Assembly (NCBI GenBank): GCA_000002435.2
Contig: CM018792.1
DNA length: 64,000 nt
Reading direction: 5' to 3' (one strand)
Source: Giardia intestinalis
Taxonomy: Eukaryota
The notes under the pieces are model-generated. The model worked only from the letters and a program-made list of their open reading frames with translations. It had not been told where the DNA came from and searched no databases. Shown piece after piece: positions 32,301 through 39,624 of the stretch. Each line of letters opens with the position of its first letter. Positions within the stretch are counted from its first letter, which is position 1. The position numbers were made by a program, and so were the translations under genes.

Positions 32301-32581
32301 GCCGTAGGCGGTATCGCCTTGCTCCAGTCAAAGCGTGTAGCATGCATATAAAACCCCGGCTCTATTATGATTGACGGCTTCGAGTATGTATCTATTAGTG
32401 TCTGATTCTTTGTTTGGCACTGATCAATGACTGTAGTGGATGCATGAAACCGAAGAAGATAGGTGGTCTTGGAGAGATTTGTAACAGAATTAAGGCGTGT
32501 ATTAACCAGAATAGCCGAAAGCTCTTTAGCCAAAACAGCTACATCAAAGGATGACGGGGTAAGTTTACGCGAGACAGACAT
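29390..32581 (-). CDS. NEMF: NEMF / Rqc2 / Tae2 (ribosome quality control complex subunit, NFACT family)
   Basis: The NFACT-R signature is WFEKFHWFFSTDGYLVLSGRDAQSNELLVKKFMSSNDIFVHSEAHGAACTIVKA. It also has an NFACT-N-like N-terminus, a coiled-coil basic middle and a C-terminal CCLCGILGHNKNTC zinc knuckle. Confidence 0.9.
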   Translation of the reverse strand: MSVSRKLTPSSFDVAVLAKELSAILVNTRLNSVTNLSKTTYLLRFHASTTVIDQCQTKNQTLIDTYSKPSIIIEPGFYMHATRFDWSKAIPPTAFSNRLRTEICNMICTGVSQFYFDRVIILEFSRYNSDLKRYLIVELYGRGNLILTDEAYKVLVTQSKMPGQHVGGNYFSMHGDDRVILMDIEKLCTLDHFRQIIAKASKQKGQNASFRAALAKDFFLGGSASAIVLRAVNCKTSIKAKAVQEDEQLVIKLWKVCEGVLKCLIEAAKSSFDSLLSKGYIYFYREDELAIVDTGEGDLDDTIMTAIRVAEYHIFDIRSIYQEGALYRAEDIREYESYNKTLDEYNSFLVTARAYQNRAQLIQKAKSTIAHAQDTTEDRMASLLNSATQKRLLAECILWKATEIDYLTKQMEFLFKTGRITWNDVIAWMNCGSTDIPLLEAISSIDVVRKLVSFNISIFASDIHNMCYTDCTPFLALSKFRATEKQGILDLEASNETEDNNEQQVCGSCGDTKIVSDPTEPIVISVDVPFKGAAGTTAHIIAKTLFEAAKAAEEKCKRTLGHSSAYFDKVEKKATADIDSVMKETDAELIALQHQRSPLWFEKFHWFFSTDGYLVLSGRDAQSNELLVKKFMSSNDIFVHSEAHGAACTIVKAPRLTTTDIPQQNTVLRWVPPVQTMLEAGAFTVIHSKMWAQKVGTQSYWVYADQVSKTAPAGMYIGTGSFVIRGKRNFIPQQPLELGVALLWRYDTANVMDPASEAPPPWQVAYSDKNESIICTTEDAGQTVDESGKLLVLSTQKQKSQVTTAEQVLKDSNKDERKRLQKERQAKIRVQKQQAKIKRLISEGRLEEAESYKKMISAQRGEDSQDDTGDEGSICSSDFCCLCGILGHNKNTCTTSSMSKDYKTLFDAHISPVLATMWKSVASIPPFTYTTGDTVIHSGEVLLEEDQDGFQKHIDKGNGEQNVTSLSVSAMISTKRPAEGELPGLVVMIAPYSVVERFFGVIRIIPGDITKGKTHRLVQKMLLDDKGLELSRYEQLCIKQIPEHAIVLGIPGSMNVQSCKTKK

Positions 32582-32829
32582 AAATTATCTCAATTTTTTA
32601 ACACGTTAAGATGTTTGCCTTTGTGCGGGTCGCCAATAGTGCCATTGCACATGTAAGACCATACGGAGACATTAGCTATGTCGGAAGAGAGAAAAGCAGT
32701 AGAGGCAAAAGTTTTATTTGCGACAAGAAGGCAGATCAAGCGTCCTGAGGGATCCTCTGTCGTCTCCACCTGCTTCACGCCGTGCTCCGGTGGGCTGGCA
32801 CTCTGCGGTCGGCTCGAGCGCCTGCGGGC

Positions 32830-32842
32830 CTAGGTAGTAAAT
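32830..32842 (+). promoter_or_regulatory. Orphan VSP-type 3' motif CTAGGTAGTAAAT (compare VSP CTTAGGTAGTAAAT) at the GC-island border
   Basis: It follows the TAG (32831-32833) of an unlisted 52-codon plus-strand ORF (32678..32833) ending ...SGGLALCGRLERLRA*. No substantial plus-strand gene sits upstream. Confidence 0.35.
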
Positions 32843-32875
32843 TGCCATCAGCGGGTCCTGCTCGCGGCCGCAGAC

Positions 32876-34450
32876 CTATTGCCTGGGAGCGGGGAGCTCC
32901 ACGTCGCGGCCCTCGAGCCCGGGGGGCACGCGGTCGAGGACGGCGACAGATACGCCGCTCACGCCCTCCTCGCGCAGCGCGCTGGCCAGGCGCTTCCTGA
33001 ACCACTTGGCGGAGCTGGCCTCCTTGCCCTCCCGGTACTTGAAGCAGAAGTAGAGGGTCCCCCCGCCCCCCTCGTCCTGCACGACCCGGCTCAGCAGGTT
33101 CCACCACAGCAGCGGGCGGTCCTCGCCGCACCAGAAGCCCTCGCGCCGCCCGAGATCTCGGTAGGCCTCGGGCAGGTGGGCGACCTCCACGACGGGGCCC
33201 TGGGCCGCCTCTGCAGGGCCCCCGGCGCCGCACCAGACGTCCCCGGGGTCGAGGGCCGCGAGGCCGGAGCAGTCGCCGGGCACGCGCCCCTGGACGGCCC
33301 GGATCCCGACGCCCCGGTCGCGGGCCCTTCTGCAGGCCTCGGCGAACTTCTGCAGGGGCGCGGCGTGCCTGAAGCCGATGTACATCACGTACTCCCCGGC
33401 CTCCTCGCCGTGCAGGACGCGGTCCGGGGGCGTCTTCCCCTTCAGGACCCCCAGCCCCCGGAAGCCGGCCCCCCGGTACGCGTCGGGGATGCCTGTGAGC
33501 CGCACGACGCAGGCCGGGTCGCCGAAGGGCGCGCCCGCCCGGACCTTGGTCCTCGTGGTCCCGTCGTCGGTGTTGAGCACGACGCGCCGCTGGGCCCTCT
33601 TGATGGGCGGCTCGTCTGGAGGCTCTCCCGTCCCATCGGAGGAGCCGGAGAGCTCGACGTCGCTCACGGCGGGCGTCCCATCCACGCGCTCCGACAGCGT
33701 GCGGAGGTCGCGCCCGGGGGCCTCTGCGTATGCGTAGACGCTGCTGCGCCGGAGGGCCGGCCCCACGAGGAAGTTCCGCTGGCAGACGGAGTAGGCGCAG
33801 AGGCACGCGGCGTGGGCGGTGGGGAAGCGGGCCGCATAGCCCCGCAGCGCCCGCGCGCCCTCCCCGAGGACGAACTCGGAGAGGGAGACGCCCTCGGCGA
33901 AGACCGCGAGGTCTGCCAGCAGGCCGTCCCCGGACCCGGGGGCGCGGGGCACGACCCAGAGCGTGCCGTGGGCCTCGTGGGACTGCGGGAGGGACGAGAG
34001 GGCGCCGAGGCTGCTGAGCGAGACCTCGACCAGGGAGCCCGCGATGGCGCCCGCGGCCGGCAGGGGGGTGCGCGGCGGCTCGCAGGCCGGCTTCTCTGCA
34101 TCCCCACCGGGCCCGTACCGCTCGAGCAGCCGGCGCTCCCTCGGGTCGAGCGGGCGGCTCCCCCGGGCCTCGGCCTCCCGGCGGCCCCTCGCCACGCCGT
34201 CCCCCAGCGCCGCGGCCCGCCCCTCCTCGACGCACAGGCTCCTCTGGATGGTGTCGGCCAGGACGTCCGGGTCCCCCGTGAGCTCCAGGGTGCGGGCCGC
34301 CAGCCCGAAGAACGCCAGAAAGGTCCTCTGCTCGAGGCGCACGTTCACACTCAGCATGCATTTACGGACCCGGGCGGCGTACAGCGCGTGCGCCCCGTCC
34401 CCTGGCACGGCCGGCGGGGAGAGGGCGGCACCGGCGGGGCCCGCGGACAT
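32876..34450 (-). CDS. Hypothetical protein in a GC-rich island (524 aa; very high GC3)
   Basis: ATG at 34448-34450. The composition is protein-like (F, Y, W, K, C present, e.g. GTLYFCFKYREGKEASSAKWFRKRLASALREEG), unlike the overlapping plus and alternate-frame ORFs, which are R/G/P/A-only. Confidence 0.6.
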   Translation of the reverse strand: MSAGPAGAALSPPAVPGDGAHALYAARVRKCMLSVNVRLEQRTFLAFFGLAARTLELTGDPDVLADTIQRSLCVEEGRAAALGDGVARGRREAEARGSRPLDPRERRLLERYGPGGDAEKPACEPPRTPLPAAGAIAGSLVEVSLSSLGALSSLPQSHEAHGTLWVVPRAPGSGDGLLADLAVFAEGVSLSEFVLGEGARALRGYAARFPTAHAACLCAYSVCQRNFLVGPALRRSSVYAYAEAPGRDLRTLSERVDGTPAVSDVELSGSSDGTGEPPDEPPIKRAQRRVVLNTDDGTTRTKVRAGAPFGDPACVVRLTGIPDAYRGAGFRGLGVLKGKTPPDRVLHGEEAGEYVMYIGFRHAAPLQKFAEACRRARDRGVGIRAVQGRVPGDCSGLAALDPGDVWCGAGGPAEAAQGPVVEVAHLPEAYRDLGRREGFWCGEDRPLLWWNLLSRVVQDEGGGGTLYFCFKYREGKEASSAKWFRKRLASALREEGVSGVSVAVLDRVPPGLEGRDVELPAPRQ

Positions 34451-34462
34451 TTTAAGGAGGGC

Positions 34463-36781
34463 CTATGCCCCCAGAATGCCGCACTTCATGGCCAGCGACG
34501 CGTGCGGGAACTCGTCCCCGTCGGCGACCACGCGGTGGTTCGTCACCGTCGCGACCCCGAACGGGACGAGGTCCGACGTGATGACCTGGCCGTTGCTCCG
34601 CAGCCGGACCAGGCAGGACAGCCCGGAGGCGCCGAACGCCCCCGCGCAGATCTGCGCCCACTTGGCCGCGTCGCTGACGGGGAGGCAGACGTCCGGGAGC
34701 CCGACGGCCCGGAACCCGTTCGCCAGCAGGACGTGGATGAGGGGCTCCTCCCTGTTCGCGCTGTCTCGCAGGGTGAACGCACCGTTCAGGCTGCAGAGGC
34801 TGTGCTCCAGCAGGCCGCAGACAGAGGCGATCCGCTCCCGCGAGATCGGGAGGGCCAGGTAGAGCGGGCCGGCGGGCGGGGCGCTGGCCAGCTCGGAGAG
34901 CGAGCGGATGTCCGCCAGCCGGCCCTGGGCCCTCCTCGGCGCAGAGGGGTCGGGGGGCGTCTGCGCCGCGAGCCGGAGGTAGTCCAGCAGCCCCAGCTCC
35001 GCGACGGACGAAAAGTAGTACTGGAGGCGCAGGAGCCGGCAGCCGAGCACGAACCTCCGCGCAGCGCGGGGCGCCGCCAGGAGCCGCCGGAGGAGGTGGC
35101 CGTAGAAGGCAGAGCCGTCGTCGCAGTAGAGCCCCGGCGCCCTGCCGGAGGCGAGCAGCAGGGGGCTCCGCCTCGAGGGGAGGATCTTCTCGGCGCGCGG
35201 GGCGGGGAGCCTCTGGAGGTGCGGCACCGCGGAGAGAGAGGCGACGAAGCAGCCGCCCTCGACGTCATCGGCCAGGAGGTTGACGACGCAGAGGGGCCTC
35301 CCCGTGGCGGCGCAGAACTGCTGCAGCGCAAGGCAGCCGGAGCCCGGGTCTGCGGAGAGCACCTGGGACGAGGCGTCGAGGTGGAGCCGCGGCACGTAGA
35401 GCGGCCTGCCGCACCGTTGGCACGCCCTCCCGCGAGAGACGGGCTCCGAAGAAGGCTCCGCGCCGCCCTGGCCGTCCTCTGCCTGTCTGCCGGTGTGTCC
35501 GGGCGGGTCCGGGGCCGCGCTGTAGAGCACGTTGAAGGCCGAAACCGCCGGCCTGTGCTCCAGGAGGAGCGTGCAGGGGGAGCCCGCGCAGGTGCAGTAG
35601 GCGACGTCCAGGGGCGTGTGGGCGGCGCGGGCCCTGAAGAGCTGCCGCCTGTGCTCGGGAAGCAGCGCGGCGACGGTGTCGTCCAGCAGCCGGGCCAGCG
35701 GGTACGGGCCGAGGTAGGCGATCCTGAAGTCGGCGCAGCAGAGGTTGCTCAGGACCAGGTTCACGAACCGCGCGCCCTCCCTGCGGTAGACGTTGAGGAG
35801 CCGCGAGGCCGCCCGGTGCTGCTCCTCCGTGTAGCGCAGCACGCAGTACCTGCAGGCGGCCTGGCCTCCCGGGGGCCGGATGCCCTGCGAGGCCGGCTCC
35901 AGCCTCAGGTAGTGGCCCGCAACGACGTCCTGCTCCAGCGCGCGGAGGTGCGAGCGCAGGTCCTGCTCGGACGCGAAGGAGAGCAGCGTGGCGCCGAGGC
36001 CCGCGGGGGCGGGGGGAGCAAGGGCGTCTGCGAGCCCCGGCGCCGGACTGCCCCCGTACTCGGCCTGGAGGTCGCGGAAGGCGCCCGGGAGAGGAGGGGG
36101 CTGCAGGGGGCTCGACGGCCGGGCGGCGGGCAGGCTACGGGGCGGCGCGAGCTGCGAGAGGGAGCAGAGAAGGTGGTGGATCTCCTGGGAGACGAGGTCC
36201 CTCACCGCGGCCACGGTCCCGGGGCGGAGGCCGCGGAGGTGGCCCTCGACGCTGGCGAGGAAGCTCCGGGCCAGGTTGTTCGCGGCGCCGTACAGCCCCC
36301 CGCCCAATGCCCCGGCCGCGAAGAGCAGGGAGACGGCGTACGAGTGGGGCCCCGGGCTGTGCTGCAGGTGCTCGGAGAGGGGAAACGCCCGGGCGGCGCC
36401 GACGTCAAAGTTGTGCACCTCGTTGAAGAGGAACTCGTTCACGCGGTCGTGCACGGACGGGGCCCTGGAGGGCGGGGCGGGCCCCAGCAGGCGCGGCCGG
36501 GCCGGGCGGGGGAGCGAGCACAGGGTTCCGACGTAGACGCTGCCGGCCGCCCCCGTGGCCCCGAGCTCCTTCACCCGCCAGAGCCCGGGGCGCGCGCTCC
36601 CCGCCAGCGCGAGCTCGTCGTCGAAGGCGAGCTTGATGGCCTGGGCCGTCTTGCGCAGGTCCTCCTCGGCCAGGCGGCGGCTGCGGCTCACCCAGCACCA
36701 GACCGGGACGGGGACCGCCGAGACGCTTATGGAGAGCTGGACCTCCTCGACAAGGCCGGTGTCGATGAACGCATAGCGCAT
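34463..36781 (-). CDS. Hypothetical protein in a GC-rich island (772 aa; CxxC pairs CRYC / CQRCGRP)
   Basis: ATG at 36779-36781 with CATAAAATAC about 20 nt upstream. It is in the same frame as the downstream 524-aa gene, separated only by TAG plus 3 codons. It ends ...AMKCGILGA*. Confidence 0.6.
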   Translation of the reverse strand: MRYAFIDTGLVEEVQLSISVSAVPVPVWCWVSRSRRLAEEDLRKTAQAIKLAFDDELALAGSARPGLWRVKELGATGAAGSVYVGTLCSLPRPARPRLLGPAPPSRAPSVHDRVNEFLFNEVHNFDVGAARAFPLSEHLQHSPGPHSYAVSLLFAAGALGGGLYGAANNLARSFLASVEGHLRGLRPGTVAAVRDLVSQEIHHLLCSLSQLAPPRSLPAARPSSPLQPPPLPGAFRDLQAEYGGSPAPGLADALAPPAPAGLGATLLSFASEQDLRSHLRALEQDVVAGHYLRLEPASQGIRPPGGQAACRYCVLRYTEEQHRAASRLLNVYRREGARFVNLVLSNLCCADFRIAYLGPYPLARLLDDTVAALLPEHRRQLFRARAAHTPLDVAYCTCAGSPCTLLLEHRPAVSAFNVLYSAAPDPPGHTGRQAEDGQGGAEPSSEPVSRGRACQRCGRPLYVPRLHLDASSQVLSADPGSGCLALQQFCAATGRPLCVVNLLADDVEGGCFVASLSAVPHLQRLPAPRAEKILPSRRSPLLLASGRAPGLYCDDGSAFYGHLLRRLLAAPRAARRFVLGCRLLRLQYYFSSVAELGLLDYLRLAAQTPPDPSAPRRAQGRLADIRSLSELASAPPAGPLYLALPISRERIASVCGLLEHSLCSLNGAFTLRDSANREEPLIHVLLANGFRAVGLPDVCLPVSDAAKWAQICAGAFGASGLSCLVRLRSNGQVITSDLVPFGVATVTNHRVVADGDEFPHASLAMKCGILGA

Positions 36782-36869
36782 GCCCGCGGCCGCCGAAGTA
36801 TTTTATGGAAAGCTCCCGGGCCGGCCGGGCTCCCGGGCGGGCGGTGTGGGCAGGCTGCCTTTCTATCCG

Positions 36870-37091
36870 CTAGCTGGAGCGCACCCAGAGGCGCCGCAGC
36901 AAGACAGCGCGGATGCAGATCAAGTCGTTCACTGTGGAAGGACACCGAGAATAGTGCTCAACGCAGTGTGTATCTGAGTTCCTGTCGCACTTCTTTGTAT
37001 CAGTGTTGAGGGTGTAGCCCGGGAAGCATGTGTCCTTCCCGCTGTCCTTTGCCAGCACGGTTGCACAAACTAGGAGAAATCCTACCAACAT
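36870..37091 (-). CDS. Possible small secreted cysteine-rich peptide (73 aa)
   Basis: From the internal ATG at 37089-37091: MLVGFLLVCATVLA (signal-like) then DSGKDTCFPGYTLNTDTKKCDRNSDTHCVEHYSRCPSTVNDLIC. The longer track ORF 36870..37397 has a non-protein-like N-terminus. The 3' end runs into the GC-island border. Confidence 0.25.
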   Translation of the reverse strand: MLVGFLLVCATVLAKDSGKDTCFPGYTLNTDTKKCDRNSDTHCVEHYSRCPSTVNDLICIRAVLLRRLWVRSS

Positions 37092-37759
37092 TAGCCGGAG
37101 TACACGTGCCACTGCTCTTCCGTCAGGCTGATGTGTTGCCGCGAGCAGTGAGAGACAGCCGCTCTTGCTCTCCTTGACCAGTTGTACTAGAGAAGAACGA
37201 GATAAGAGCACACCCACCGGAGGCCAGCTGATGGCACGATTCCCCCTGGCTTCGATAGGAACAGGATGAGTGGGGGTCAGATTCAGACCGTGCCTCTCTT
37301 GTGGAGTGATTGTTTGGGATGCATTCCTATACATTGCTGTCGCTGTGCTCGTCGGCTTCCTCTGCAGAGGCAGGCATCTCGGTAATAAACGCGTCATTGG
37401 TGAGTTCTACTGATAGCGCCTAGATGTCATTAGTCCACGAATGTCCTGTTAATCATCCCAGAGAGCATGCCCTAAAATGTGACTTGCTTGGGCTCTGGCA
37501 GAATTGTGAATAAGCCAACTTAAACGTGTAAGTTTGTGCTATTGAAATTAGGAAAGAAGCGGTTCTCTTTCTCTAGCGAAGGACTAATAGAGAGCAAACC
37601 TCTAACTCTGCATATTGACAAAAGATTAAGAGTGATTCATAGCCTCGAAGATCAAAGCAAATGCCACAGTAGATACAATCTGATAATTTACTTTGCTATA
37701 CAAACTATCAATAGTTGGAGTACTAAATTCTACAAAAAGTGAAGGAGTACAGCACGAGA

Positions 37760-38725
37760 TTAGGCCTCCTGATCAACTGGAAGAGCACTATCTGCTGGTT
37801 GCTCATTAGCTGACTCGATCTGAGACTGGTTACTAACATCTTCCAATTGCTCCCTAGGTATCTGGGGCTTATCTGCATCGACCTGGGGAGGATGGCTAGT
37901 CGTGACTGGACATGAATTTTCAGGGGATCTGGGGGATTCAAGGCCTCCTTCAGCCTGCATTAGAGGATCCGGAAGAGAGGCCACATACGCTGCAAATGCC
38001 TCCATAATGGATACTGACTTGTCAGACTTGGCACGTTGATCAAGCGCAGCAGAAAGGCTGCTTACCTCTGCGTTGAGCTTGATGAAGTAGTCACCCATGC
38101 AACTGGTTAACTCGGCAATGAGGCTCATTGTAGTCCAGTCGATCTTCTCGAGGCTCGCGTGCTGATTAGCCATATGTTCCTTGTATGCTGTCTCGTCCAC
38201 CTCCCAAGAGCGCTTCAACTTCTGCATTTTAGCTGTTGTTTGCGATATTGCTTTAACCATCTTGTTTCCGCTAGAGCCTAGTTTCATATTCAAGATATCA
38301 AAGTCCAAATCATCGTACTGGCGCTTCTTCAAAAGGATTCCTTGTCGTTCCTTGTCAAGCTTTGTCATGCACCCACTCACAGTACGAAATGGCTTAACAA
38401 CACGCTCCTGAAAGCTCTGAGCGAGGTTGGCTACCGTAGAAACCAAGCCAGTATTGAGCGTGTTGACCGCTGAGATGAAGTCCTCGAGACTCTTAACATA
38501 GGGAGCACACTCAAAAGGTAAGAGATCCGGGCTTGGTGGGTTGCGCGACTTCAGGAGGGCCTTCTGCAGGTTCTTGGCAAACCCTTGGCCGATGACTCTC
38601 AAGTGTACAGAGAGCTTCTGGATCCACTCGAAGTTGTCGATGAGCTCATCAATACGTATCATCTCTGCGCGCTCGTAGAGGCGCACCTTGTTGGAGAAGT
38701 CGAAGTCAGGTTTAACCACGTCCAT
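37760..38725 (-). CDS. Hypothetical helical/coiled-coil protein (possible BAR-like) with a Pro/Ser/Gln-rich tail
   Basis: First ATG at 38723-38725, preceded by CTTTTAAAA. The ORF is open to a TTG at 38749. About 230 aa of helical heptad-like sequence is followed by a low-complexity acidic tail. Confidence 0.5.
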   Translation of the reverse strand: MDVVKPDFDFSNKVRLYERAEMIRIDELIDNFEWIQKLSVHLRVIGQGFAKNLQKALLKSRNPPSPDLLPFECAPYVKSLEDFISAVNTLNTGLVSTVANLAQSFQERVVKPFRTVSGCMTKLDKERQGILLKKRQYDDLDFDILNMKLGSSGNKMVKAISQTTAKMQKLKRSWEVDETAYKEHMANQHASLEKIDWTTMSLIAELTSCMGDYFIKLNAEVSSLSAALDQRAKSDKSVSIMEAFAAYVASLPDPLMQAEGGLESPRSPENSCPVTTSHPPQVDADKPQIPREQLEDVSNQSQIESANEQPADSALPVDQEA

Positions 38726-38913
38726 TTTTAAAAGCACTTTAAGACACAACTAAATCAGACAACTTCACAATGGGCTGTGGCTGGCATCAGATTGTGCTAA
38801 AACAATTGGACTCTGTCTGCGTCTCATACCTACTCTCTGGAGCAACACCCCCAAAAAGTTTACAATCAAAACGTCTGAAAAACTGCTAAAATTGGAATCC
38901 TTAATTTACCCAT

Positions 38914-39579
38914 TTAATGGGCTTTCCCCTCTGCGCTCTCCTCGTCCGCGGCTATTAGAACTTGCTGGACATTTCGCTTCCCCATCTTAACTAAGAAAAA
39001 TGTCAATCCCAAAATTCCTGTTACAAGAGAAATTCCGGCCATTTTTTCAAATGTAGCTTTATCGGAGTCAAGGATGATTATCTTCCGTGCGACCGCAGTT
39101 ATCGCGACTAAAATGATTATTTCTACATGAGCATCTGATGTTTCTATGTGCACAGCCACGCTCTGCATCAGCTCAAGTCCAATGAGGACATAAAAGAATG
39201 AACTAAAAAGGCTTCCATACTGGGATGTCCCAAATATGAGATTTGGCGGTGTTGCAAAGCTGTTATACAGGGAGTACCCGCACTCTATAAGGGACGTCAA
39301 AATGAATATAGCTAACAACAGTGCCAAAATAACTATGACGTACTTTTCAAAGATGAGCATGGCGACAATGTACCGCTTCAAAAACTGGTTAGAACATGAT
39401 TCTCTCCGATTAGCTATCTCTGCTGACTCCTGTGCTATCGTCGGCTTTTGCTCCGGCATGTCCGCTGGCAAGAAAACGCCTCTATCGAGAGCGATAGACC
39501 GCCGCGTTGCAGAGGGCTGCATGGCTACAATACCAAAGTTAGCTTTACTGGGTACAGAGGCCAAGTTGTCGCCATTCAT
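38914..39579 (-). CDS. PsiE-like (phosphate-starvation-inducible E family) membrane protein
   Basis: FFYVLIGLELMQSV...VEIIILVAITAVARKIIILD parallels E. coli PsiE FLYFEFIALIVKYF...RYFVYIGITAIVRLIIVD. It has 4 TM segments plus an N-terminal extension. Confidence 0.6.
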   Translation of the reverse strand: MNGDNLASVPSKANFGIVAMQPSATRRSIALDRGVFLPADMPEQKPTIAQESAEIANRRESCSNQFLKRYIVAMLIFEKYVIVILALLLAIFILTSLIECGYSLYNSFATPPNLIFGTSQYGSLFSSFFYVLIGLELMQSVAVHIETSDAHVEIIILVAITAVARKIIILDSDKATFEKMAGISLVTGILGLTFFLVKMGKRNVQQVLIAADEESAEGKAH

Positions 39580-39624
39580 TTTTAAATCTTGACGGTGAAA
39601 CTTGTCTTGCTACAAGCAGAATGG

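Noticed and set aside
32775-34361. 528-aa minus-strand ORF in an alternate frame (RGPAG-rich), and smaller GC-island ORFs (33378..33737, 33664..34107, 33730..34017, 33963..34862, 34786..35331, 35988..36536)
   Set aside because: These have low-complexity R/G/P/A composition and overlap the better-supported frames. They are by-products of extreme GC content.
32730-36960. Possibility that the GC-rich block is rDNA (Giardia rDNA is about 75% GC)
   Set aside because: There are no rRNA hallmark strings (e.g. the SSU 5' GGTTGATCCTGCC or a 5.8S-like region). The region carries 524- and 772-codon ORFs with biased third positions, which random GC-rich rRNA sequence would not give.
32879-37009. 1376-aa plus-strand ORF spanning the whole GC island
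   Set aside because: It starts at a TTG and has almost no Met, Lys, Phe, Tyr, Ile or Asn, being Arg/Gly/Pro/Ala/Glu-only. This is the classic antisense open frame of high-GC3 coding DNA. The two minus-strand ORFs have protein-like composition.
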